Source: Octopus vulgaris
Taxonomy: Eukaryota
Reading direction: 5' to 3'
Assembly: GCA_951406725.2 (NCBI GenBank)
Contig: OX597821.1
Coordinates: 34,534,001-34,598,000, forward strand
DNA length: 64,000 nucleotides
The notes under the pieces are model-generated. The model was given only the letters and a program-made list of their open reading frames with translations. It was not told the DNA's origin and made no database searches. Shown here piece after piece: positions 52,031 through 64,000 of the stretch. Numbering within the stretch: the first letter of the stretch is position 1; each line of letters opens with the position of its first letter. Position numbers and translations under genes: made by a program.

Positions 52031-53899
52031 TATCTTAGGTGCAACACTGTAGTATCAATCCTACAGCCATGTGATTTTGAAGTGAGCTTCTTAACCACAT
52101 GATCATACTTGTACCTATCTGCCTGTATGCCAATCACATTATACATACAAAATGTATAGAAATTCATAATGAAGTTCTCACCTTTTATATTGACTTGTTA
52201 CTTGCTTTCTGCCTATATTTTTCATGTGTGATGAAGTTTTATATATTTCTTTCCTCTTTAATTATTGATTTGTGTGTTTGTGTGTAACTTGGCTGAGAGT
52301 AAGGATTTTGTTTTCCTTTTTGTTCTTTCTGGAAGAAAAATGTGATGTGGTATTTAGAATCTTTTCCAAAAAAACATTTTATATAAAAGAAATATGATTT
52401 GGCCTAACATTTTCAGTCTTTGTTCATTTGAGAGATTACCATTTTCTCTGTAAATTATTGATTAAATAAATATAGATTTGCATTATTTAACATATCCATC
52501 AATGAACTCACCTTAATCCATCTTTTTCTTTATTCAGTTACTGAACTTTTAACTTCTGTTTTTGTCTTTTGTGGCACCTAGCATTTGATTTCCACTATTT
52601 CTTTTCTATTCCTGTTTTATCCTTACCCATATCCCACTGCTTTAAATCTATTGGCATTCTTAAGAAACTGCTAACCTGATAGTTGAATTACCATTTGCAT
52701 GATGCATTTATATATATATATGTGTGTGTTCATCGCCATACACACACACACATATACACATTGTTGATGCCATAAGAATTTTTAAACTTTCAAGAGAATG
52801 TGAAATAATTCTTTTTTGGGACAATGGATCTTGAAGTAGATAAAGCTGTAAATAATAGCATGTAAATATTGAGTTGAAGGCTGCCTGTGGGACTCAAACC
52901 CACATCTCCTGTAGATATGACAGGCATTCCACTATTGACCTAGTATATATATATATCATCATCATCATTTAACATCCGTTTTCCATGCTGGCATGGGTTG
53001 GACATATATAAGTTTGGTAGAAGAAATAGGATAAATGGAGCTTATTACATGAGTATGTATGTCATTTTATTTTAATTAAATTAATAGAGGGTTGCAAAAG
53101 TGACTGAAGACTTGAGTTTTATGCTTGGCACTTACCACAATTTGATAAAAACCATGCAGAAAACTCTTGGCTCTTGGGCCACATAACTTTCTGTTAATCA
53201 AAAAGAATCAGATACATATTGTCATGTATTTTTTGGTCCATTTCTCCATGCTGGAATGGGTTGGACTGTATATATGTAGTTTCATGTGTCCCAGCATGCC
53301 CACAATTGAATGAGTGGAACCGTTGAAAGAATATGTATGTCTTATTTTAGAATCTAAGGTAGTGGGTTGGAAGAATTGGTAGAGCATCATCCAAAATAAT
53401 TTTTCCTTATTTATTCTGGCACTCAAATCCTGCCAAGGTCAACATTGACTCTCACCCTTCCATGCTGATACATTGGCAGTTGAATTGGGTGTGGTGGTGG
53501 TGATGTAGGGGGGGGGGGGCAGGTGTAGCGGTATTATTGGTGTTGGATGGACAAGTTTATCGAGGACGATGCTGGTGTCAAGATGTATCAGTCTTCACCT
53601 TTAAACTTGGACAACATTGGTAGCATGGAGAGGAGAGACAGTATTAGCTTTTTAGATCTTGAAGCATACAAAAAAAAAACAAAAAAAAAAAAAAACCTCA
53701 CAGAACTCTGGAGCAGGAATTTTGAAGTGTAAGGTATGTGTTCAACTCTGACTTATGAAAGCCTTAAGTATAAAGACTTCACAAGATGAACTTTGGTAGC
53801 TTTCCTTTTATTTTTCTAGAACTGTTTCAAACTGTAAATATGCACATTATTTACATTATTTACATTTGACAGATATTTATCTTTGTCTTGTTTGTTGTT

Positions 53900-53947
53900 A
53901 ACACACCGTTTTGGTTGATATACCCTCCAGCCTTCATCAGGTGTGTT
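53900..53947 (-). ncRNA. Minimal type I hammerhead motif, mutated
   Basis: Minus strand reads cacac-CTGATGA-a-ggctg...caacc-AAAA-cggt-gtgtt. G12 is changed to A, so this copy is probably inactive. Confidence 0.5.
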
Positions 53948-54097
53948 GGGCAAATTTCGAACCTGGGTTCTAATTCCTAAGGTATTTTTCAATGTTATTA
54001 TTATGGCATAGTGGTTAAGCACACAGGGTCCTAACCCCAAAATTCCGAGTTTGAAAAATACCTTAGGAATGAGAACCCAGGTTCAAAATTTCCCCAA

Positions 54098-54143
54098 GAC
54101 ACCTGATGAAGTTTGGAGGGTATATCAGCTGAAACATTGTGTT
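54098..54143 (+). ncRNA. Minimal type I hammerhead motif
   Basis: gacac-CTGATGA-agtttg...cagct-GAAA-ca-TT-gtgtt. Stem I is gacac/gtgtt. Comparing the two arms implies an ancestral palindromic stem III AACGTT. Confidence 0.6.
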
Positions 54144-56634
54144 AACAGCAAACAAGATGAGGACAGATATCTGTCGAATGTAAATAATGTAAATAATTCC
54201 TCATCTCTTAAATATAGAACTGTAAGTAAATATGCATTGTTATCATTTTTGCCTGTATTGTTTATTACTACTGCAATTTAGCCCCAAGTGAGTCTTGATT
54301 GAACAGATCTATAATCAACAGCATTCCAGTATTGTCTGTCCATTTTCCCCACCCTGATAGTAGACTATATTATCCATCATATCCATTTTTTTTCTTCCTT
54401 AAGGAAAAAAATTGGCTGTTTATGAATTGAATACCATGAATCATATGTTTGTTTGATTAAAGGCTGAGTTCTGGCTTAAACCCAACTCTGTAACACAAAC
54501 CTTGCCTGTCTTTGCTTAACTTTCTAGCAATAATTTTCCATGTTCCTCGTTCACAGCCTATCATCTTAAATCAAGGAAACATTAGATTATGAGGTGTGTA
54601 TACTATGCCTGAGAGAAAGAAAGAAAAAAAAAAAGGGACAGGGTGGTCGCAGCTGGAATGTCTTTGATCTGAGTATCATTGTATTATGTAGATCTGTCAA
54701 CTGGTGCTCCACCATCCTGTCTTTTTTCTTCCTTTCTCATTGCTTATATCCTTCTTCTCACACCAAACTCTCTGTAGTTCTTATTGTAAGGATATAAAGT
54801 TTTAGAATTAGTTATTTAAACCAAGGACATCTCTGACTGAGCAAACCTATAATCAAAAGGCATTCCAGCTCTGAATGTCGCAAGTTAAGGTTGAGAGTAA
54901 TGTGTGCCTTCCTTGCCTAAGAAACACATTAAGTAGCTGAAGAGAAAAATTGCATCTGTATCATTTCATTTTGATGTTCAACATCTTATTCTCATTGATG
55001 CTGAAAAATTAACGGTGGGTGGGGGGAGGAAAAGGCTCACATTAAACAGGAGGAATGTGTTTAATATGGAATCTTCCAAAGAACAAGAAAACTGAGCATG
55101 CTATAACTTTAGGAACTGAAGCAACATGGCTATTAAAAATAAAAGAATGTGCTTTTCAGATTTATTTTGATCTGTTTTTAGTTCTTAAGAACTCTATTGA
55201 TATTTAAAATAAAGTTAAAACAGTTGAACGTCACGTCGATGAAACATCCCTCATTTCATTTCATTGTGTGTCTGTTAGTTAATTGTTGCCTTCAAAAATT
55301 GGGGGGGGGGTGCTCACTGATGTAAAGTAAAAGCGAGTGTATGTCACCAGACTTTGATTCATTACACTCTGTTCCACTTCCTCAGATAGAAATTGACATC
55401 AATTCTTCCTCAAACTACTCCTTAGTTTCTTAAAAAAAATGAGGAGACTCATTAGATAATGTAGTCCTGCATAAAATGATCTGGGTGATCACAGCATTAC
55501 TGGAACGCCTTTGGTCATAGCTTTGCTTGATTATGGTTGACCTGTGTGAGAAAAATGGCCTTGATCCATTTCCTTTTATTCCATTTCCTCTGCCAGAGAT
55601 AGCAACTGAATCTTCCGGAAACAACACCCTGCAGACTTTAAAAAATGAGGTAACACATTAGATAATGTAGTCCTAGATAAAATGATATGAGTAATCACTG
55701 CATAAATGGAATTCTTTTAATCATATCTCAGCTTATGGATGATCTGGGGGTAAAAACGTCAGCAATGATAAATGTTTGGCCTAATTTGATTCCTGACACA
55801 AGAATATTTCATTTTGAAAGCATTGTATCTTGATTCTCTGGGACTACAGTTGCCTCATGTTATGTAGTGTTTGGTCAAGATTTGACTGTTAATGGGAAGT
55901 TTTAGAACTTTTTTTTAATTCTCTTTTACCGTACCTTTTCTTACCCATCCTTGTAAGCGTTTGCTGATCAGTGCTTAGCTCTGGTTTCTAGATAAGTGCA
56001 TCAGAAAGTTCTATCTCTTCCTCTGGATAGTATACAGATCTATTGTAAGTAACATTCTCAGATGAATTTGTGCCTAGTCTCAGCAAGAAGGTGAGCTGAG
56101 ACTATGGAAAATAACACAAAAAAAAAAAAAATTTGCAGGAGATATATATACTCACAAGGAGTTAACTCCAAGCCAATGAGAGAGTGTCTGTATAGGCACT
56201 GCTAGAAATAGCAACTAAATCACTCCCCCACTTCAAAGAAAGAAAAAAAAATTAATCTGAACCGTTTTAAACAAATGACACATTATGTCACCCCCCACAC
56301 ACACATACATGCACAAGAAAGGAGAGGTGGGGATCACATCGGGAATGCTTTACATTGTAGGTCTTCTCAATCAAGCTCAACCTCGAGATGAACCGGTCAT
56401 TTTTCTTGTATGGAATTTAACAACACTTCACAGCTATCAATACACACAACTCCTTCCAGCTGTTTTTTTGTCTGAACTTGAAGCACACCTACTGACACAT
56501 TGCAGAACACAATACTGTACAAAGACTGGTACCTGGATGTACCAACCCTTCTACCTAAATTATAACCATTATAACAACCTCTCCAGACATAAGCCGAACC
56601 TCACAAAACTTTCTCCATTTCTCTCTTCAGTTGG

Positions 56635-56843
56635 TTACTCTTTCTCTTTACTCTTTTACTTGTTTCAGTCATTTGACTGTGGCCATGCTGGAGCATCGCC
56701 TTTAGTCAAGAAAATCGACCCCAGGACTTATTCTTTGTAAGCCTAGTACTTATTCTATCGGTCCCTTTTGCCAAACCGCTAAGTTATGGGGATGTAAACA
56801 CACCAGCATCAGTTGTCAAGCGATGTTGGGAGGACAAACACAT

Positions 56844-56890
<47 letters not shown>

Positions 56891-57056
56891 TATACGATGG
56901 GCTTCTTTCAGTTTCCATCTACCAAATCCACTCACAAAGCTTTGGTCGGCCCAAGGCTATAGTAGAAGACACTTGCCAAGGTGCCACGCAGTGGGACTGA
57001 ACCCTGAACCATGTGGTCGGTAAGCAAGCTACTTACCACACAGCCACTCCTACGCC
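56635..57056 (-). mobile_element. Full-length family A SINE
   Basis: Reverse complement of the 27641-28055 type. Confidence 0.9.
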
Positions 57057-57444
57057 CATAGTTAGTTCAGATTTCTTTTTTTTTTTTTTTTCTAAACACC
57101 TATGCAAATGCTGTCAGTTACATAAACTTGTAATCATTATGTGTGTACGTAAATAAATCAATATTTGTGTGATCGGGTATTTGATGATTGATTACTTAAG
57201 TGAAGTGATGAAGGCTGAGTTGTTAAATTATTTGGAAAGCAGTTGCATCATGTGGATAATTCATCGCTGTTCATTTTGAATTCCTAGTCTTGTTTTCCGG
57301 AACTCTTGTTTGTAACAGTCATAAACCAGCTGCCAAGTTACATTGATCACTTCTCCGCCACTACCTCCACCACCACCTCTTTGTCTTTCCTCCTTGTCCT
57401 CTTCATCTCCTACCCCTCATCTTTGTTCTCTTCCTCCTCCTTCC

Positions 57445-57800
57445 CTCCTAATCCTTATCTTCCTCCTGCCCCTTCTCTTCTGCATTGTTTTCCTCCTTCT
57501 CTTCCTAATCCTTATCTTCCTCCTACTCCTTCTCTTCTACAGCCTCTTCCTTCTCCTTCCCCTCCTAATCCTTATTTTCATCCTGCTCCTCCTCTCCTAA
57601 TCCTTATCTTCCTCCTGCTTTTCCTCTCCTAATCATTATCTTCCTCCTGCTCCTCCTCTCCTAATCCTTATTTTCCGCCTACTCCTCCTCTCTTAATCCT
57701 TATCTTCCTCCTGCTCCTCTTCTACAGCCTCTTCCTTCTACTTCCCCTCCTGATCCTTATCTTCCTCCTGCCCCTTCTCTTCTACATCCTCTTCTTCCTC
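57445..57800. repeat. Pyrimidine-rich minisatellite, unit about 30 bp (cctaatccttatcttcctcctgctcctcct)
   Basis: About eight degenerate copies within a longer C/T-rich tract (about 57350-57905). Confidence 0.85.
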
Positions 57801-58299
57801 CCCTCTGCCCTCTTCCTCCTCCCTTTCTTCATCCTCTTCTGCTCTTCCCCTTCCATGTCATCCTCCTCTCTCCTTTTGCTCTTACTTCCCCCTCCTCCCT
57901 TTCCCTGTGTCTGGATTGCGCATGTTGAATTGTAATATTTATATATATATATAATGTTATATATGTGGATCTACATCAGGGATAATATATAGTCCGATTA
58001 CAATAATGAAAATAGTACTTGTATCTAATTGAGGCACAAGGCCAGCAATTTTTAGAGGAGTGGGATTAGTCAACACCCTTGGCCGTGGTACTTGAACTAG
58101 TATTTTATTTTATTGACCTGGAAGGATGAAGGCAAAGTTGACCTTGGTAGATTTTGAAATCTGAACTTATAGAACCAGAAGAATACAAGAAATTTTGTCC
58201 AGTGCTTTAACAATTTTGATGTTCTGTTACAATAATAGTAATGGTTTTAAATTTTAGCACAAGGCTTGATATTTTGTGGGAGGGAGGGGGTCAGTGCTG

Positions 58300-58865
58300 A
58301 TCTCACACTGTGGAAGAGGTAGACCTGTGGCAGAGGTAAACTTGGAATGAGGTGGTGAAGCATGATCTTCGAATTCTGAACCTCACAGAGGCAATGACTG
58401 TGATCAAGACTTAGCAATGTGCAGTGCTTGAGAGGACTCGTCAAGCTAAGTGCACCAATGCTGGTGGCATGTAAAGAACACCTTTCAAGCATTGGGCCTC
58501 ATGGAGGCAAAGTGGCCGAGTTCGTTTTGAGTGCTTGGCCTCACAGACCTTTGGCATTATTTTGTGCTCGAGAAGAAGACCTATCAAGCTGAGCAAAATT
58601 GCAGTTGTGGCAGATATTGGTGTCACGTAAATTGGTACCTGTGCCGATGGTATGTAAAAGCACCTTGATGTCATGCAAATCGCACCCATACTGGTGGCAC
58701 CTAAAAGCACCCATTACATTCCCAGACTGGTTGGTGTTAGGAAGGGCATCCAGCTGTAGAAAACCATGCCAAATCACACTGGAGTTTGGTGCAGCCTTTG
58801 CCAACCCAGTCAAACCATCCAACCCATGCCAGCATAGACAACAGATGTTAAATGAGGATGATGCA
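58300..58865 (+). mobile_element. RTE LINE 3' end with family B tail
   Basis: ggaagaggtagacc...tggaatgaggtggtgaagcatgatcttcga parallels 49160-49215, followed by the family B core. Confidence 0.7.
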
Positions 58866-59127
58866 TTTCTCATTTTATTTTTTTTACTGTATATTGTGCT
58901 GAAAATTAAATTTTTTTTGGAGAGAAAATATTGTCGATAACCGAATTATTACTGTTTTAAAAATTTTTTTTATAAGATTGAGGATGTGTTCTTAATATCT
59001 GAAGACAAGCATTAACCAAAGAAACAATTTAATACATGTTGTAGAATCAAATATATTAAAACAGAATTTGACTGTGACTAAGAAGTTTCATGCAAAGGGT
59101 TGATCACACGGTCTGGTTATCTGTAAA

Positions 59128-59348
59128 GGCAGTGAGCTAGCAGAAACGTTAGCACACCGGGCGAAATGCGTAGCCATATTTCATCTGCCGTTACGTTCTG
59201 AGTTCAAATTCCGCCAAGGTCGACTTTGCCTTTCATCCTTTTGGGGTCGATTAAATAAGTACCAGTTATGCACTGGGGTCGATGTAATCGACTTAATCCG
59301 TCTGTTTGTCCTCTCTGTGTTTAGCCCCTTGTGGGTAGTAAAGAAATA
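59128..59348 (+). mobile_element. Family D tRNA-derived SINE with 18-bp TSD
   Basis: TSD GGTCTGGTTATCTGTAAA at 59110-59127 and 59349-59366. B-box-like GAGTTCAAATTCC. Confidence 0.92.
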
Positions 59349-59721
59349 GGTCTGGTTATCTGTAAACCCTTGAAGCATGAAGGGCAATGTTGAAGCTGTT
59401 GTTCTTTAACTAATGGTCAACTCTCATTGAACAGAAGTATTCAAGCAATGAGCATCCCCTTCTTATCCACTGTATCCAGTGTTTATTTAAGAACATATAA
59501 TGTTATTTGAGGGAGATTTTACAGGCATTTTAGCAGCCTCAAAATTTAAATATGAATTTACAACAATGTAGTATTATTAAACATAAACTTAAAAAATTCT
59601 GGGTTTGTGCTTTCTATCTTGCCCATATCAACTACCTTTTTCCCCTTTGATTATATTAATAAGAAGATTGTGAGAAGACATGTTTTAATCCTTTAGTATT
59701 CAGATTATTCTGTTGCATGTA

Positions 59722-60295
59722 AAACAATAAACGTAGCCCTTTTCAAGCCTAGTCAGGCTCATGGGCCCAGTTTCCTGGTTTCTGTGGCGTATGTGTTCCC
59801 CCCAGCTGGACGGGACGCCAGTCCATCACAGTGTTACTCAAGAAACAGGCAGAGAGAGTGAGAGAAAGTTGTGGCAAAAGAGTACAACAGGGGTTGCCAC
59901 CACCCCCTGCCGGAGCCCCGTGGAGCTTTTAGGTGTTTTCGCTCAATAAACACACACAATGCTCAGTCTGGGAATCAAAACCACGATCCTCTGACCGCGA
60001 ATCCGCTGCCCTAACCACTGGGCCGTTGCACCTTCACAAATAAATGCACCCTTTTTTAAAGCCTAGCCAGGCTCATGGGCCCAGTTTCCCAGTTTCGATG
60101 GCATATGTGTTCCCCAGCTTGATGGGACAGCAGTCTATCGCAGTGTTACTCATTTTTGCCAGCTGAGTGGACTTGAGCAACGTGAAATAAAGTGTTTTGC
60201 TCAAGAACACAATGTGTCGCCCGGTCCAGGAATCGAAACCACAATATTATGATCATGATGCTGACACCCTAACCACTAAGCCACGCGCCTCCACG
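59722..60295 (-). mobile_element. Two family C-related SINEs in tandem inside one 13-bp TSD, interrupting a piggyBac MITE
   Basis: TSD TCTGTTGCATGTA at 59709-59721 and 60296-60308. The monomers span about 59722-60037 and 60040-60295. Confidence 0.85.
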
Positions 60296-61567
60296 TCTGT
60301 TGCATGTAGTGTTATTTATTCATATTGTTTTGAATTTATCATACATTATCTTGTAACTCTGAGATTTTGAGGATATGATTGTTTACTTTTAGAATGACAT
60401 TGTAGGGTAGGTGTGAGAGACCTAATCTGTCTCGTTTGAACATAAAACTGGAAGAATAGTGGGTCTGATATGGCCGGTTTGAACATGAAAGGCTTATGGG
60501 AGCACACCACAGTCTATGGTCCTTGTTTTATGTTTTTCATCGCACTTGATCATTCCATTTTAGAAAAATAACTCGGTTTTTGGAGAAAAATGCTCAAGGA
60601 TGCCTCTGGCATGTAAAACAAATAGTAAAGTGGTCATTGACATACTTTTTAGTTCACAACATTATTAGAGTCCACTTGAGTATTTCACTTCAGTCAGAAT
60701 AGGTTTTTATGTTTGCATATGTCCTTTTCTTCCTATTCTTGCACGAATGTGGTGATTTTTATTTTCATTTTTCATTTGACCCATTAATTGTTTAAAATTT
60801 TTTTTAAATATTAAATTTTTAGAATGTATACTTGTCTGATAAGCCTATAACAATTTGGGGGATTAGAATCTATTTTAAATCAACGACAAATCATAACTAG
60901 GTGATGTGTGCTTTATTAAAGATACAACACAATAGGATGTAGTTGTAGGGTTTGAACTTGTGACCACCTTAGTCTTGTAGGCAAAGAGTCTCTTGCACAG
61001 TATATTGTATATGCACATTCTTGAGCCAATGGGGGAGTCTCTACATGATGACTCGACCTGCTAGATGTAGTAGTCAAATCTCTATTTAATCATACCTTAT
61101 TTTAAGGAAGAACACATTGAATACAATGATCTTGTAATGCTATTTCATTGAAAGATAATGTCCATGGTTGAAACAAGCGCTTTTTGTTATAGGTCTGCTT
61201 GTTGATGGTTATCAACCTGTTGCTTAACAACCACAACAACAATGTCTAATGAATAATTATTTAATTAACCCTTTGGAAAATGAAAGGCAAAGTGAAACCT
61301 TCTTGGATTTGAATCTAGAATAGTGTGGTCCCAATAATGTAACTGATAAAGCTTTTTTACACTTCTATAATATGTAATTACGAAAAAATATTTTAAAAGG
61401 AATCCTTAGTCATTGAGAGCCTGCTGAAGTTTGGTAAAATATAAATTGATGTGATTTGTGTCAACATAGAGAATCATAGTTTAAGTTATACTAGGTCTTT
61501 GCCTGTCACTACACTGCTGGTAAAAATATTCGTTTACCATGCACATATCTTCTTTTAATATTAGACT

Positions 61568-61799
61568 AGGTGGTGAGCTGGCAGAACCGTTAGCAAGCTG
61601 GGCGAAATGCGTAGCTGTATTTCGTCTGCCGTTACGTTCTGAGTTCAAATTCTGCCGATGTCGACTTTGCCTTTCATCCTTTCGGGGTCGATAAATTAAG
61701 CACCAGTTACGCACTGGAGTCAATGTAATTGACTTATCCCTTTGTCTGTCCTTGTTTGTCCCCTCTATGTTTAGCCCCTTGTGGGTAATAAAGAAACAA
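61568..61799 (+). mobile_element. Family D SINE with 11-bp TSD
   Basis: TSD AATATTAGACT at 61557-61567 and 61800-61810. Near-identical to 59128-59348. Confidence 0.92.
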
Positions 61800-62040
61800 A
61801 ATATTAGACTTTATATAGTGGAAATCTCATTAGTTAACTATGGTGACAAGTCTACCTGTCTGTCTATCTTTCACACACATTCTATCTCTTACTGTATTTC
61901 TCTCTCAACAACATTTTTTCTTCCCCTTCTTCTAAAAATACATTGTTACATAATTTTGATTCCTCTCCTCCTTTTCCTCCCTCTTATAGATTTTGTGATG
62001 GACAAGCAGACAGAGATCCACGTCTTTTATAATATAATTT

Positions 62041-62236
62041 TACGTGCAGGTGGCACGTAAAAAGCACCCACTACACTCTCGGAGTGGTTGGCGTTAGGAA
62101 GGGCATCCAGCTGTAGAAACTCTGCCAGATCAAGACTGGAGCCTGGTGCAGCCATCTGGTTTGCCAGCCCTCAGTCAAAATCGTCCAACCCATGCTAGCA
62201 TGGAAAGCGGACGTTAAACGATGATGATGATGATGA
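62041..62236 (+). mobile_element. Family B retroposon
   Basis: Family B core and (GAT)n tail. Confidence 0.85.
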
Positions 62237-62394
62237 TTTCCAAGCTGATGTTGATTTAAAGATTTGGATAAGTTCAAATGATTGTATAAGTAGCATCTTC
62301 ATTAGTCTTTTTGATACCAACCAACTTGAGACTGCATCAGCTTCTAATGTACAAACTGTCTGTTTTCAAGTGATCTTCCATCGAAATTTCATGT

Positions 62395-62621
62395 TAACTC
62401 TTTAGCATTTAAACTGGCCATATCCGGTCAAAATATTCTACTTGCTTTATATTCAAACTGGCCAGATCTGACACCTCACACCCACTCTACAATGTCATTT
62501 TGAACATAAACAATCACATCATTGAAATCTCAAGGTTAGAAGATGATGCAGGATAAATTCAAAACACAGTGAATATATAAGCATTACGTTTGACTGAATA
62601 ATCGGAATACTAAAGGGTTAA
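62395..62621. mobile_element. piggyBac-type MITE, apparently nested in a second TTAA element ending at about 62726
   Basis: ttaactctttagcatt...aatactaaagggttaa, with a second aaagggttaa end downstream. Confidence 0.75.
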
Positions 62622-62995
62622 TTTTTGTTCCAAACACCAGCTTAAAAATACTAAATACTTTGTTATTTTCAAAATAAATTGATGCAAAGACATCATATCT
62701 GAACAAAAATATAACAAAAGGGTTAATTTGTTTTGACTGAAGCTAAATTCTAAGACAGCTTTTTTTCCAACAATATATTTGAAACTACATTATCTAGTTT
62801 ATACTTTGTCTTTTGAACTAATATAGTATAATTTTGAGAGACATTTGGTTGCCATGGCTTTCTAACAGGTCAAACAACCATGTCAATTCTCACTCTTTAA
62901 TTAATTTCCAATGTGATTATTTGCCAATCAGCTACGGAACATATGTAGGAACAGAATAAACATTCCTCTGCCCAAATGTTGTCAATGCAAAAAAC

Positions 62996-63340
62996 ATCAT
63001 CATCATCATCATCGTTTAGCATCCGCTTTCCATGCTAGCATGGGTTGGACGGTTCAACTGGGGTCTGGGAAGCCAGAAGGCTGCACCAGGCCCAGTCTGA
63101 TTTGGCGATGTTTCTACTGCTGGATGCCCTTCCTAATGCCAACAACTCCGAGAGTGTAGTGGGTGCTTTTTACGTGCCAGACAAGGCTGGCAAACGGCCA
63201 CGATCGGATGGTGCTTTTTACGTGCCAGACGAGGCTGGCAAACGGCCATGATCGGATGGTGCTTTTTACGTGCCACCAGCACAAAGGCCAGGTGCAGCTA
63301 ACAACGGCCACGGATGGTGCTTTTTACATGCCACTGGCAC
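62996..63340 (-). mobile_element. Family B retroposon with internal subrepeats
   Basis: (CAT)n, the family B core and repeated ggtgctttttacgtgcca units. Confidence 0.85.
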
Positions 63341-63359
63341 ATTCACCACTTGTACTTTA

Positions 63360-63560
63360 TATGAGGTGGTATCAAAAAGTTCCCAAGCTAGTTACGTTTA
63401 ATAAATGAATTAACTTAGTAACCTAAGTTTTAACATCATCCCTTTCAAAATAGTCACCTTGCACAGCAATACACTGGCCCTAATGTTGCTGCCACTTTTG
63501 GAATCCAGCCTGGAAGTTGTTTTCCATAAGCAAGTTGAGGACCTTCTGCAATTCATACTA
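63360..63560 (-). mobile_element. Mariner 3' end remnant (a second, different family)
   Basis: TIR-like TATGAGGTGGTATCAAAAAGTTCC. Minus-strand FQAGFQKWQQH*GQCIAVQGDYFE matches the mariner C-terminal W..C....G.YFE pattern. Confidence 0.7.
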
Positions 63561-63672
63561 CAGGCCTACAAGCTTATATACAGTTTGTGTACCAAATTTT
63601 CATGACAATGACTTGGTTAACATACGGCTATAACGGATAGTATTGTAACTGAAACCGAAACTATACCACATG

Positions 63673-63708
<36 letters not shown>

Positions 63709-64000
63709 GTCTACACATTTGTATACTCTCGTGTGTGTAACGTATGTTTTTGCATGTGTGCGTATGTCGTATATGTGAAAGTATTTCAATTTGCATGTGT
63801 GTGTGTGTGTGTGTGAGTGTATGTATGTATCTGTACCCATGCATTTGCACATTCCACGTGTATGTGTGTATTTTGTTCATGGTCTGAAATAAATTACAGC
63901 TTCTCTGTACAGTGTTTTTCAAAAAAATATATTTTACACTTCCAATTTTATTCCTAATACTAATTCCATGTCTTGTTTACTCTGCTTGTTGCTGTCCTCC

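Larger units (their letters stand above)
53845..54225 (+). mobile_element. Hammerhead-bearing inverted-repeat retroelement (Penelope-like/retrozyme-like) with a tRNA-like spacer
   Basis: Inverted arms 53846-53992 and 54051-54197. Flanking direct repeat GTAAATATGCA at 53834-53844 and 54226-54236. Confidence 0.75.

Noticed and set aside
56285-56740. 151-aa ORF
   Set aside because: It spans an ancient repeat and a SINE tail and has no recognisable protein features.

Overview
AT-rich, repeat-dense eukaryotic non-coding DNA. The repeat families resemble those of octopus (coleoid cephalopod) genomes; this is inferred from repeat content, not from a search. No intact host protein-coding gene could be supported, and nearly all listed ORFs are translations of microsatellites or transposon fragments. 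The window holds dozens of tRNA-derived SINEs (at least three families, several with clean target-site duplications), RTE and CR1 LINE 3' ends, a full-length dead mariner, a hAT transposase relic, piggyBac- and hAT-type MITEs and two non-autonomous Helitrons. The most notable items are: (1) a 6.3-kb array of 54 x 117-bp units built from a SINE tRNA-like head, each unit carrying an A-box, a B-box-like motif and a newly created T4 run; (2) several hammerhead-ribozyme motifs in Penelope-like inverted-repeat elements, one with a tRNA-type head and one with a long branched stem II; (3) a 329-bp locally templated insertion with a 15-bp target duplication; (4) a CpG-rich promoter-like island near 51.8-52.0 kb.
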